Shown one piece after another: positions 24,031 to 37,063 of a stretch of 64,000 nucleotides of DNA. The translations under genes and the position numbers were made by a program. Each line of letters opens with the position of its first letter. The stretch's first letter is position 1. The notes under the pieces were generated by a model, which saw nothing but the letters and a program-made list of their open reading frames with translations, made no database searches and was not told where the DNA came from. Source of the stretch: Octopus bimaculoides (taxonomy: Eukaryota). The DNA lies in NCBI RefSeq assembly GCF_001194135.2, contig NC_068987.1, positions 11,394,643-11,458,642 of the forward strand, written 5' to 3'.

Positions 24031-25130
24031 CTTTATTTCATAAATATTTGCCATAAAGGGCACACAGCCACTCCTATATCTTCTAACAGGGAACGGCCTT
24101 GAAGAATTGTTAGTGGAATGAATGAACCCTAGTACAATTGTTTTTTTGTTATATATATATATATATACCTTTTATACATATGTGAGAAAAATCTGGAGTT
24201 GAATTTGTTTCTTTGAGTTCCTCTTCCTGAAACCCAGACAAACAAATTCAGTTCCAGATATTTTTCAAGTAACTCAAATATATATAAAATGTATGAATTT
24301 TCTGTAAAATAACTCATTCATGAGGAGCCCCTCAAAGGGAGAAAAGTGCTAAATAATACTCTTTTTCCAAATCCTGACTATCTTTTTCTTAATGCACACA
24401 CAACAAGCTTCTTTCAGTTTCTCTCTAGCAAATTCAATCACAAGACCTCGGTTGGCCTGAGGCTATGTAGTAGAAGACATTAGTCCAAGGTACTGAAGAT
24501 TAAACATTTTACCACAGCCACACCTATGCCTATATATATATATATATTAACTCAATTTTTAATTATTCTTTTTAGTTGCTCCACTATCTTGTTAATTATA
24601 CTACACTGCTATCTCTTCTGTGATAAAAGCTTCACCGTTTCCATAGGGCTAGCTTCACAAAACAGTTATATATATACACACTAGCAAGTGGACAAATGAA
24701 AGAAAAGGCACATTTAGTAGCAGTTTCTGTTGAATGATTTGAAAATTACTCAACCAATATTGTTTTTAATTATAAAAGCAATGTTGCTCTGACTGGTAGG
24801 ATGGCTATATTTAATTACTTTTCAGTATCTGTTGGGGGATTTTGTTAACCTTGGAAATGTCTGAACTCCATTTGACCTTCTATTAGTTGCAGTATCTCCA
24901 CTAAAATAAAAATAAAAATCAAAAAAAAAAGCATAAATAAATGAAGAGCGAACTCCTTGTTATCAGAAACAAGAAATACCTTACTTGTATGCAGTGTCAT
25001 TTGATCTCATTAGGTTCTGAGTTCAAATGTTAGTAGGGTTGATAAAATATTTACTAGTCATATATTAGTGATGCCCAGATGCACTACATTTAATTACTTT
25101 TACAGGTGTTGGTGTAAACTATATATATCT

Positions 25131-25516
25131 ATAGGCGCAGGAGTGGCTGTGTGGTAAGTAGCTTGCTTACCAACCACATGGTTCCCGGTCCAGTCCCACT
25201 GCATGGCATCTTGGGCAAGTGGGCAAGTGTCTTCTACTATAGCCTCCGGCTGACCAAAGCCTTGTGGGTGGATTTGGTAGACGGAAACTGAAATAAGCCC
25301 ATCGTATATATATATATATATGTGTATGTGTTTGTCCCCCCCAACATCGCTTGACAAACGATGCTGGTGTGTTTACGTCCCCGTAACTTAGTGGTTCGGC
25401 AAAATAGATCGATAGAATAAGTACTAGGCTTACAAAGAATAAGTCCTGGGGTCGATTTGCTCGACTAAAGGTGGTGCTCCAGCATGGCCACAGTCAAATG
25501 ACTGAAACAAGTAAAA
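25131..25516 (+). mobile_element. SINE family B, full length (reference copy)
   Basis: tRNA-like head ggcgcaggagtggctgtgtggtaag...cagtcccactg, short TA/TG linker, tail running into N gap 25517-25743. Confidence 0.95.
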
Positions 25517-25844
25517 NNNNNNNNNNNNNNNNNNNNNNNNNNNNNNNNNNNNNNNNNNNNNNNNNNNNNNNNNNNNNNNNNNNNNNNNNNNNNNNNNNNN
25601 NNNNNNNNNNNNNNNNNNNNNNNNNNNNNNNNNNNNNNNNNNNNNNNNNNNNNNNNNNNNNNNNNNNNNNNNNNNNNNNNNNNNNNNNNNNNNNNNNNNN
25701 NNNNNNNNNNNNNNNNNNNNNNNNNNNNNNNNNNNNNNNNNNNTATATATATATATATATATATATCTGTATGTATGTAAGCCCTCTAAGAATCCATTAT
25801 TCAGGAAGAAATGTACACCTATATCTGTTAGTAGAGTGGGTATA

Positions 25845-26080
25845 TTAATCAAAGTGTACAGTATTATATATCCATTACGGCCGATCTTACCAATCGGTTT
25901 CACACTTAAAGGTTCAACGGAGTGTTAGGTAGTTGCCTTATTTCATTCCATAACAGCTACCTCTGAAGAGTGCAGGGTTACATAATCGGACTGTTACCTA
26001 GCACTCCATTGAACCCCTAGTGTGAAACCAATTGGTAAGATCAGCCGTAATGGATGTATATTACTGTACACTTCGATTAA
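25845..26080. mobile_element. MITE with ~85-bp terminal inverted repeats
   Basis: Left ttaatcaaagtgtacagtattatatatccattacggccgatcttacc... pairs with right ...ggtaagatcagccgtaatggatgtatattactgtacacttcgattaa. Confidence 0.85.
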
Positions 26081-26547
26081 CATATCTATGTATTTGTATA
26101 TACACACACAGTGGGCTTTCATAGTTTTCTCTACCAAATTCACTCACAAGGCATTTGTCAGCCCAGGGTTACAGTAGAAAACTCTTGCTCAAGTTACTGC
26201 ACAGGGGGACTGAACCCAAAACCTTGTGGTAACAAAGTGAGCTTCTTAGCCACACAGACATACCTACATTTATATCTCTGTACAACATATTTTAATTTAC
26301 ATAAAAACGAAGAATATTTTATGGAAGTATTGATATAAATGATTGTATACAACAATATGATTGGTTTAGCTAAACTAGGATATGTCACACATGTTAGGTC
26401 ATGTCAGATATGAATGAAATGTGTATTCATTTAGTTTTGAGCTCTTAGAAAACATACATTGACTGTCTGTTTATTTAGGTAAAGCTTTCTGTTATGCATG
26501 TTCTATTTATTGATTGCATGAATATTTGGTATTCGCTATGAATCTAG

Positions 26548-26562
26548 GGGGAAAAGTCAGAG
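26548..26562 (+). CDS. Candidate 15-nt microexon GGGGAAAAGTCAGAG (GEKSE in phase 0, GGKVR in phase 1)
   Basis: aatctag|...GAG|GTAAGC, frame-preserving. TGCATG (Rbfox) motifs at 26495, 26515 and 26606. Confidence 0.4.
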
Positions 26563-27029
26563 GTAAGCTCCATTACCTTGAAATGTGTGTGTGTGTGTGT
26601 GTGTGTGCATGTTGTTAAGAGCTAAGCATATAAGTAGGTATATTTATGTTTGTGTGTATGTGGGTGGGTATACACACACCTATACGCGCATGCACGTTTG
26701 TCTTCCTGGACCCACTGCTTGGCAACCAGTGTGGGCATTGTTTATGTCTCCATAACTTTGCAGTTCAGCAAATAAGACTGCTGGAATATGTACCTAATTT
26801 TTTTAAAAAAATTAAAAAAATAAAGCACTGGTATTGATTTGTTCAATCAAACCTCCTGAAAGCAGTGCCCCAGCATGGCCGCAGCCTAATGACCGAAAAT
26901 AGTATAAGACAGAAGATAGAATTTCTGTGTCAATGGGTTGCAACTTAAAATATTCATTTTTATGGTATGTAATCTTTTAACATTTAAACTGGCCATATCT
27001 GGCCTAAATACTAAATATTCTTTTCTACT

Positions 27030-27237
27030 CTAAGCTCAAGGCCCAAAATTGTTTTGGGGAGTGGGGCAGTCGATTATATCGATCCCCAGTATGCAACTGG
27101 TACTTAATTTATTGACTCCGAAAGGATGAAAGGCAAAGTTGAACCCGGTAGAATTTGAGCTCTAAACGTAAAGACAGCCAGAATACTGCTATGCATTTTG
27201 CCCGACATGCTAACGTTTCTGCCAGCTCACCGCTTTC
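27030..27237 (-). mobile_element. SINE family C
   Basis: Full head (ggcggtgagctggcagaaacgttagc on the minus strand) and core. Confidence 0.85.
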
Positions 27238-27405
27238 CAAATACCAAATCTTTTACCTGTTTTATGATCAAGCCAGCCAGATCCCGCCTCTTACACATAC
27301 ACTCTGATGCCACTCTAAAAAGATTCCATCACATTTTGAGGCTGTGAAATAATGTATGACCAATTCAAAACAATGTGAACGAATAAGCATTACATATGAC
27401 AGAGC

Positions 27406-27735
27406 GAAGGCACATGGCTCAGTGGTTAGAGTGTCAGGCTTGCAATCATGAGGTAGTGAGTTCAATTCTCGGACTGGGCTGTGTGTTGTGTTCTGGAGCA
27501 GGACACTTTATTTCACGTTGCTCCAGTTCACTCAGCCGTAGAAATGAGTTGCGATGTCACAGGTGCCAAGCTGTAATCGGGCTTTGCCTTTCCCTTGGAT
27601 AACATCGGTGGTGTGAAGAGGGGAGGTTGGTATGCATGAGCGACTGCTGGTCTTCCATAAACAACCTTGCCTGGGCTTGTGACTTAGAGGGGAACTTTCT
27701 TAGTGCAATCCCATGGTCATTCATTTACCCTTTTA
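27406..27735 (+). mobile_element. SINE family D (tRNA head + CORE-like domain)
   Basis: A box tggctcagtgg and B box gagttcaattc. The segment gagcaggacactttatttcacgttgctccagttcactcagccgtagaaatgag resembles the CORE domain of CORE-SINEs. Confidence 0.85.
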
Positions 27736-28446
27736 CATATGATGGAGTAATATCAGTGCTAAAGGGTGAAATAAAATGATTTTATGTGATGTCTCTTCCT
27801 GATCAAAATCGTGATTCCATCTCCTACTTCTGTGACTTTATTTCCATCACCTTTGTTACACCAACTAAATCATTTGTTTGATATCCATCTTCTGTTTTAT
27901 ACGCACACATTATATCCATACATCTTTCATGTTTTTATTCATAATATGTACACAGTAAGTGAAATGGTATTTTCATTCTGTCAAAAAAGATAGGAAAGAT
28001 ATTAAGAATTTAGTCAATATTTAAAATGTGTATTTATTTATTCAATCCTTGCTATAAAATCAAATTTAAAAAAATATATATATATCTGGTTAACTTTACT
28101 AACATCAAAAGCTGATTGTTTTGTGTTTAGCATTTCATCACTCAAAACATTCTTGCAGTTGTTTTTGTTGCTATTGGAAGTTTTTGATGGTCTTCAGAAA
28201 TTGTTTGAGTTTGAACTAATTAACTGTTAATTCTGAACTAACTTGCAAAAAAAAAAAAATTGGTCCAGAATCAGAAATCTATTTCTGAAAAATTTGGCTG
28301 TGTGCTAAGAAGTTTGCTTCACAACCGCATGGTTGGCTCCAGGTTCAGTTCCATTGCATTGCACCTTGGCTGTCTTCTTCTATAGCCTCAGGCCAACCAA
28401 AGCCTTGTGAGTGGATTTGGTAGATAGAAACTGAAAAAAGCCCGTC

Positions 28447-28519
<73 letters not shown>

Positions 28520-28524
<5 letters not shown>

Positions 28525-28705
28525 CATCATCGTCGTAATTTAGCATTTGGTTTCCATGCTGGCATGGGTTATACATTTTGACTGAAAACTGGTAAGCCAG
28601 GGAGCTGAACCAAGTTCTAGTCTGATTTAGCATGGTTTCTACAGCTGGATGCCCTTCCTAACGCCAACCACTCCAAAAGTGTAACAGGTGCTTTTTACAT
28701 GCTAT
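28520..28705 (-). mobile_element. RTE-type 3' tail fragment (family E)
   Basis: Reverse complement of gttggcgttaggaagggcatccagctgtag...catgccagcatggaa...(GAT)n. Confidence 0.75.
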
Positions 28706-29209
28706 CCATATAATAAGTCCAAGTCCTGGGGTTGATTTATTTGACTAAACTAAACCCCTTCAAGGCAGTGCTTCAGCGTGGCTGCAGTTAAATGACTGAA
28801 ACCAGTAAAAGATTTTCTAAACTAGCTTAGCACAAATCCCGAAATATAATAAGGTTCACTTTAGAGACGCTATCATCATTTAGCAATAGCAGATGTCAGT
28901 TCTTTATTAAACCACCAGCTCACACACATGCACAACTTGTCATTATACTTTGTGTTTTATCTACACGGGTTTTCAACCATAAGACTCCAAAAACACACAC
29001 ATGCCTGTATAGTGTAGGTTCAGTCCCACTATGTGGCACCTTGGGTGAATGTCTTCTGCTGTAGCCCTTTGCTGACCAGTGCTTTATGAGTGAATTTGGT
29101 AGGTAGAAACTGTATGAATCCCGTGTGTGTGTTTCTTTACATTTGCACTTTCAAAAGAAAGTGTTGTATGGCCAGTGGTAATATCAACAGGAATACACAC
29201 ACACAAACA

Positions 29210-29407
29210 CACGGTTGGCGTTAGGAAGGGCATCCAGCTGTAGAAACTCTGCCAAATTTAGATTGGAGCCTGGTGTTGCCATCCGGTTTCACCAGTCCTC
29301 AGTCAAATNNNNNNNNNNTGGTGTTGCCATCCGGTTTCACCAGTCCTCAGTCAAATCGTCCAACCCATGCTAGCATGGAAAGCGGACGTTAAACGATGAT
29401 GATGATG
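29210..29407 (+). mobile_element. RTE-type 3' tail fragment (family E)
   Basis: Same motif with (GAT)n tail; spans a 10-N gap with duplicated flanks. Confidence 0.8.
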
Positions 29408-29452
29408 CATGCATGCAAGTTTAAGCACGCAAAGACAAACACAAATACGACC

Positions 29453-29884
29453 CCTTAGCTTTTAAACTGCCCAAACAAATACTCGACTTTTTTCACATCC
29501 AAAATGGCCAGATCTGGCTTCTCACATTTTCCTTACAGTGTCATTCTACAAATAAACATATGCCTCATCGAAATCTTGAAGCTACAAGATAATGCAAGAT
29601 TAACCCTTTAGCATTTAAACTGGCCATATCCGGCCAAAAGTATTCTGCTTGTTTTATGTTCAAACTGGCCAAATCTGGTCTCTCACACCAACCCTACAAT
29701 ATCGTTTTAAAAATTAACAGCTACCTCATCAAAATCTCATAGCTACAAGATAATGCATGATTAGTTCAAAACAATGTGGATAAATAAGCATTAATTTTGG
29801 CAGAATAATGCAAACATTAAAGGGTTAAACAATGTGATTAGATAAGCATTACTTTTGACAGAATAATTTGAATGTTAAAGGGTT
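29453..29884 (+). mobile_element. TTAA MITE family 1 nested inside another family 1 copy
   Basis: Inner copy TTAA(29600-29603)CCCT...AGGG TTAA(29825-29828) interrupts the outer copy. Confidence 0.8.
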
Positions 29885-30081
29885 AGGATAGTTTCTATCT
29901 ACCAAATTTTTGTGAGACATTGCTTTGTTCAGGGCAATAGCAGAAGACAAATGCCTGAAGTACTGTGCTGTGGGATTGAGCCCAAAACCACATGGTTGTG
30001 GAACAAACTTCGTAACCACTCATCCACTATTTTGAAGTAAACATTTTAGATACATTTTTAAAATTCCTACTGAAATTCTAG

Positions 30082-30116
30082 CCTGTAGAAATTTCAAACC
30101 CTGGCTTTGAAATGAG
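30082..30116 (+). CDS. Candidate 35-nt exon PVEISNPGFEM(R/S); alternative acceptor at 30089
   Basis: aaattctag|CCTGTAG|AAATT...GAG|GTTAGT. Only this reading frame is open. Confidence 0.3.
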
Positions 30117-30579
30117 GTTAGTTTGGTGGTATCAGGAATGTGGTGTACAACACAAAGTAAAGTTGAAATTGCATACTTTTTATCTAAAGTGGGATATTCC
30201 AAAGTTTACAACCCTAAATTGAAATTTTTTAAAACTAAAAATGCATGTTCACTGCTTGCTGTTTGTGTTTAGATTCATGCAACTCCCTGCTTGTGTAAGA
30301 AAGTTAACTACACAAAATATGACTCCTCTGACCCCTACAAAATTTCATCAACCAAAAACATCATCTATATTTTCATAAATCTGTACAATTGCATTAAAAA
30401 TATGCTACGTTTCTGTTGAAATATTCTTCCGTCATCTGAGCTACTTTTGAAAATAATGGATTTAGTATGAGAAATTTACCGCTATTAATTTGGTGTTGGA
30501 AGCATAAATTAACCAGAAATCTTGATGCAAGGTTTTAATTTAACTCTTTAGCACACTGGGCGAACCCTTGGTTCTATGA

Positions 30580-30803
30580 TTAACCCTTGAACATTCAGAT
30601 TATCCTGTCTAATGTAATGCTTATTTATTCACAGTGTTTTGAGTTAATTATGCATTATTTCGTAGCGTCAAAATTTCAGTGATGTGATTGTTTATTTTTA
30701 GAATGACATTGTAGGGTAGGCGTGAGAGGCCAGATCTGGCTGGTTTGAACATAAAACACAATATTTGGGCCAGGCATGGTCGGTTTAAATGCTAGAAGGT
30801 TAA
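30580..30803 (-). mobile_element. TTAA MITE family 1 inserted in a family 2 MITE (~30545-30970)
   Basis: TTAA at both ends. The host continues aattaaaaccttcgatcaaaatttcat... Confidence 0.8.
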
Positions 30804-32754
30804 AGTGACATGAATTAAAACCTTCGATCAAAATTTCATATTAATTTAGGTTTAAAGCACCAACTTAATAATGACAAAATCATTTCACTAAATTCTTCAC
30901 TATTTTCAAAATCAATTGAAACATAAACAGTGAATTTTAAAAAGAAGTATGGTAATAAATGGGATAAATATGAGCGCTTGAAAACTGAAGGGTTTTGTAT
31001 CATAGAATCAGGTGTGATCTCAGAGCGACTGCATTCAAAAGGACTCCATAAATATATAAAGGACCCTATGAATTACTCACTCAAGTAATCAGAAAAATAT
31101 ATTTTTGGAAACAACATCTCAGTCTTATAGTTATAAGAAAAGAATTTTTTTTCTTCAGTTTGCATGTGAAGGTTTTTGATTAGCGTTTTGTAGTAAATAT
31201 TTGAAATGGAGAGGGGCTTATAGATTTGAATAGAAATTGACATTTTTATTAGCAATAACTATTATTAAATTTGATCGGAAATACTGCGTTTTGCCTTCTA
31301 AGACATTTGTATTTTATTTTCTCCTTTGTTTGACAAGTGTATAATTGCTTTTCACTTTAAAAACAATGCCTTATTAGAAAGGCTTCTATCTAAACTGCAT
31401 CTTCACTCTTTAATTTTTCATTAACCTCCACTCTTACAAATATTGGCAAAGCTATTTTTAAAAGCTTTATCACGTTTGCACTTTCCCAAGTAGAAACATG
31501 TTTTCGCATAATAACTTCATGAGTACTTATGGTCAAGATAATAAAAACATGTCATTTTTATTGAAAAATGTTAAAATTTCTGTGGAAAATTTTAATATTT
31601 ATTTCTGTACTATATTAGGCTAGATAACTCAATGATAGGGGTGAAGGTGTGACGTGTTAACACATCAGTAGCGGGGAAATCTTATTGTAAATGACAGTAA
31701 AATAAAAAGATTTTTTTAAAATAGAAGAAAATTCACAGAATATTTAGACACTCTATCTATTTAAATCACCTGATATTAATTTGATTTTTTTCTTCTTCTT
31801 CTCTATTTAATAAATGTATTAAAAAGCAATTATGCTAGAATTTCTTCTGGTGTTCTCTCCCTTGTGTATGTGATTGTTCTGCATAATAAAGAAGGCAAAT
31901 TAGCAAGATTTAGAGTGCTCAAATGCATAGGCATTGACTGTGTGGTTAACAAGCTCACTTTGCAACCACATGGCCTTGGTTTCAGTCCCACTGTGCAGCA
32001 CTCTCAGCAAGAGTCTTGTTATAAACCCTGAGCCAACCAATACTTTTGTGAGTGAATTTGGTAGATGGAAACTGTATGGAAGCCTGTCATGTATGTATCT
32101 TAGTGTTTGCATTTGTCCTCTCAGTACTTCAGAACTGGTGTTGGTTTATTTACGTTTCCATCTACTAAAGCCATTCACACAGCTGTGGCTGACCCAGGGG
32201 TATCATAGAAAACACTTGCCATTCAGTGGGACTGAACCTGAAATCATGTGATTGGTAAGCAAACATCTTAGCACACAGCCACATCTCCACTTTACTTTGT
32301 CAACCCTTATAAACTTAAAAGAAAAAAAAGGAATGCACTTGATTATCCTTCCTGAAATAGAACATATGAGCTATACTAATGAAGTTCATTTATAAGATGA
32401 TATCAGGAAACATCCAACTGTACATATCTAAAGCCATAAAAAAACTAAATAAGAAGTATTGTATTTGATGGCATGAAAAACACATGGTTATATTAGATAC
32501 AACCCCATTTCAGCAGTGCATTTTCAGAAAAAAATTTTCAGTGCTTTAAAGGATGTAATATAGGTCCCACTTAACCTATAGGTTCCAGGTTGAGTTTTCA
32601 AGACACTTTTGGGCGCGAAAGAAAGTGCATCTTATGTACCACCAGATATAGTATCAATGTAGTCTTGATCATATTTGTCTCCACATTAGACAGGTGCTGT
32701 CGAATGAAGCTATGGAGATAAACTTGTGTCTTCCACGGATTGACTTTCCATTCA

Positions 32755-32938
32755 GTATTTTGTCTGCCGCTACGTTCTGAGTTCAAATTCCGCCGAGGTC
32801 GACTTTGCCTTTCATCCTTTCGGGGTCGATAAATTAAGTACCAGTTACGCACTGGGGTCGATATAATCAAATTAATCTGTTTGTCTGTCCTTGTTTGTCC
32901 CCTCTGTGTGTAGCCCCTTGTGGGCAGTAAAGAAATAA
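32755..32938 (+). mobile_element. SINE family C, 5'-truncated, long TSD
   Basis: GATTGACTTT(C/T)CATTCAGTATTT at 32738-32760 and 32939-32961. Confidence 0.9.
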
Positions 32939-33249
32939 GATTGACTTTTCATTCAGTATTTGAAACAATTCACCTACCTACTTCACTAATTCGAAGTAAA
33001 CAATGAATTTCACAACTTATTGTTTTGAATTCTGCTTGGACTAAGGCTTGCTTCCATCATATTTTTAGCTAGTCTTCATATCCTTGCTGAAATGTTTCCA
33101 GAATGACTAGGCTTCACCAAAACAATTATAGCTGCAAATTTTGTTCCTCTGCCGACAAAAATTGTCGCAAACGTATCATTCTATAGCCATTTCTTGCCAC
33201 AAGATATATATGATTAACAATGGTGTTTTATATGTATTTGCGTTCTATG

Positions 33250-33281
33250 TATGTGTGTATAAGATATGTGTTATGTGTATG

Positions 33282-33316
<35 letters not shown>

Positions 33317-33450
33317 GTGTACATGTAAATATGTGTATGTGTATATATGTATGTATATATATGTGTGCATGAACATATATGTATGTATATATGTGTATAT
33401 ATGTATGTATATATATGTGTGCATGAACATATATGTATGTGTGTATGTAA
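33250..33450. repeat. Complex TATG/TA microsatellite with an internal higher-order repeat
   Basis: Directly visible; the unit containing gtgcatgaacatatatg occurs twice. Confidence 0.9.
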
Positions 33451-36400
33451 GGAAGTAAGTAAAGATATTTGTTGCATTTACAGTCTAAATCCGTTATACA
33501 CCATATTGCCATGCTTCATGTTATTCTCCTCTTCCACATCACTCTCTTCATCATCAATAAAAGCAGCAGCAGCAGGTTTTATATTTGTTTGCCCTCACCA
33601 GCGCAAGTTAAACATATCTGAAATGTACACTAACCTACCCCCACTTCATAAACTTGTGCTGTTGCTGTTTTCCCTGAAACCATAACACTTAAATTTTACT
33701 TTACATTAAACAAACACCAAAGCACTTTCAAAGATACATATAAATATATACACTACATATAAATTATGAATTACACTTTGAGGTTTGATTTTTCAAATTT
33801 TATAGAAACACTGGGTGGTGGGGGTGACTAGGGAAGTGTTTATTTTATCATAGGTTATTGTTTGTTTGCTTTGTTTTTTTTGTTTTTTGTTTTTTTTGTT
33901 TTTTGTTTTTTCTTTCTTTATTAAGCCATGGTTTTGGAAAATTTGGACATTTGCAGCGAACTTGTTGAAGAATTTATTGTTCTGACAACAGCTACCCATG
34001 AAGTCATCACATCACTATCATCATCATCATCTTCATCATCATTTTAATGTTCGCTTACCCAAGCTTGTATGGGTCAGACAAAATTTACCGAGGTAGATCT
34101 TTACAGCTGGATGCCCTTCCTGTTAACAACCCTTACTGGTTTCCATTTCCCAGCTAGATATTTTTCCCATAGTCAGACATGTTTCTGCAGAATATTGGAA
34201 ACAAATGACATTTATATCATTATATGGTGTCAAGGCAAGGATACAATAACAGCACAGACTCAAACACGTGTGTGTGTGTGTGTGTGTGGATATATGAAGG
34301 CACTTGGCCTCGTGACTTATAGTGTTGATCTCAAGGTCATGGTTTCAGTTCCTAGATTGGGTGGCATGTTGTGTTGTTGGGTGAAATACTTCAACACCCA
34401 TTGCTGTGCAATCATTTGGACACTTGACATGTGGTATACCGTGTAACTGTACAAGCAACTGAAGCTTTGTGATTGAATTTGGTAAGCAGAAGTTACTGCC
34501 GTGTGTGTATATGTCTGTGTATGTGCTTGTGCCCCTCCGAAAGAGAGAGAGAGAGGAATGAGCTAATTTATGACACGTCCATTTGATTAATATAAGCAAA
34601 TCATTTGTGCAGGTTGTTCAAAGCCTGAATACTCATACGTCATCATGAACAGGAGATTCGATCAACCGCATGTGGACTGTTGGCAGTTTTTTTTTTACCT
34701 CCGTCTTCCTTTTGGACTTTCCTCTCCTGTTTCTGAAGAAGAGCTTTGTTCGAAATGTAAAACACCCTTTCTTTCCTTCTCTGAGCATCTTATTAATACT
34801 TTGCATGTACCACATCCTTACGGTGTTGTTTTTTTCTTCTCCTTTTTTCTCCGTTTTTTTAAAATTAATTATACACACACACATACATACAATGGGCTTC
34901 TTTCAGGGCCTGTAAGGGTCTACCAAAATCTGAAAACAAGCAAGGGTGTTTAGGACTGTACTTTGGTTATCAAAGGATTAGGATTTTTTAATTAGATATT
35001 TGGCTGATGTTTCTAGCAAGTTAGGTGACCACATATAAGCTACCTCTGTTTACCTTACACATAAAAAAACATAGGTGGCAATATGATGTGTATTACATGT
35101 ACACGAGTGAAACATCTGTTTCAAGAATTCATGCAAATTTGACAACCTATCTAAATAGAAAAAATGTCAACACAAGGGGGGAAAAAAAAACAAAAAAAAA
35201 CGTGCGTTTGTGAGGGTCAGCAAGAGTTTTAAATTGATTAAATAACCCAGGTTTGGTGGAATAGTGACATTGTATCTGACTAGCTGTCAGTTCAATATCT
35301 TTTGTTATATGGAAAGTCTAAGTTAACCTTCAAAAGGCAAAAGTTAGGACATTAACTTGGTAAAAGTCTGGCACTGAGTTAAAAACCAACCATTCTTTTA
35401 CTATGGCTTTACTTACAAGCATCCCCACACACATATACACACAGCTGGGTGTATAAAATCAGTGAGATTGAACTGTTCATCTCATGTATGTTTAAGTCGA
35501 TTTCGTATCGTCTGTGAATATATAATAAATACAATAGCTTATAGCAACATTGTAGTGAAAGCTCTTATTCACCTCTTTTCAAAATTATTTCTAACCAACT
35601 GTGGTTAGTAAATTGAATTGCAGTACGCTTCAGAGATTTCATTTTCTTCCTAGTTTCCAATTATGAAACAGCAATAACTGTATTGCTGTAACCTGTCCAA
35701 GGTTTCACCTCACACTGGGCGCCAGTATGCGAATTTAGATTTTAAACTATGACTCAGATTTGGCTCAATAGAACACTTGTGCAATTCCCGTTCCACTCTA
35801 CTGATTCACACCTAACAGATCAGCAAAATGGAATCCCTATATTCCGCTCCTGTTCCCCCGCCACGACCATCACTTGCCACTTAGTTTTTCTAATACCGCT
35901 GCTGTTACTGTTGTTGCAGTTGTTTAAATGGCTTTGTTAATCTAATCTGTTACCGTTATCTCTTCTAAGCGGTTATTATTACCTTTGGTTTATAATGTCT
36001 TGTTTGTTATACTCTGCGCGGAAACCCCAGTCGTTGAAAAATGAACAGCTGTGAAACAGTGATAGGAGAGGGTTATATTGGATAAATATTTATATGAAAT
36101 TACAGTTCAGCATGTGTTGACAGCCACTGTTCCTATCGATCTATCCCCCCACCACCAGAACTGCTTGTTCAGCATAACATGTGCTTATGTATATGAGGTG
36201 TGTGTGTGTGTGTGTGTGGTACTTGCCCTAAGGTTTCAAGCCTGTTCCAGAAATCGTTGCACTGTATATTTTATAGTTTTTCAGATCAACACTGCATTTT
36301 TCGTGGAAGGAAATTTGGCCCTTATACCAAAGTTGACTGGTCATTTAGATGTGTTGAAAAGCTAGCCAATCTATATGGCCCCTTTGGTCTTTGTAAAGGA

Positions 36401-37063
36401 GAACAATAAAGAGAATAATTACAAGATAGGGTTTTTTAAGTGCAGTTTTATAGGTGTTTTTACAGTCCCTTTGAGACATTCTCCAGCTTGTATGATAGGA
36501 ATTTGAGAGAAATTCACCAGGAAAAATAAAGCATAAAAACTAGGATGGACTTGCTTGAAAGAAAATCAGTCAAGTGTTTTGAAGCATATCATGTTCATGT
36601 TGAAGGACTGCTTTGTTTCCACTTAACTATTCTATTATAGTGTTAGATGATTCGGAGTAGTATTGCTATAAAACTTCTGTATACTATGTGTATTTATACT
36701 AATGATTTTAGTCCACCATACTGGTTTCAAACTTGTTTTGTTCTCTCTCTTTCTCTGTGTTTTGATAATAATTTTATTGTTTCTTATAGTTTAGTAAACT
36801 CTCCAATCCATCATACTCGCCCTTTCATTATTCATGTCACTAAGTTCCCTTTACCAATCTACTTGATTGATAATAAACTGTATTATATCCCCCCTGTTCA
36901 CCTGGCCGGTGGTTGTGATGGTAGTAAACTGTGAGTATAAAGAGTTCAAAAGTGAAATAAATTGGTTTGCTGCGAGAAACAAGACAAGTCCAATGTTTTG
37001 AGTAATACCTTTCATCATCAGAATTGCTCTTAGAATTATTGATTTTGCAGTTCTATTTTTGCT

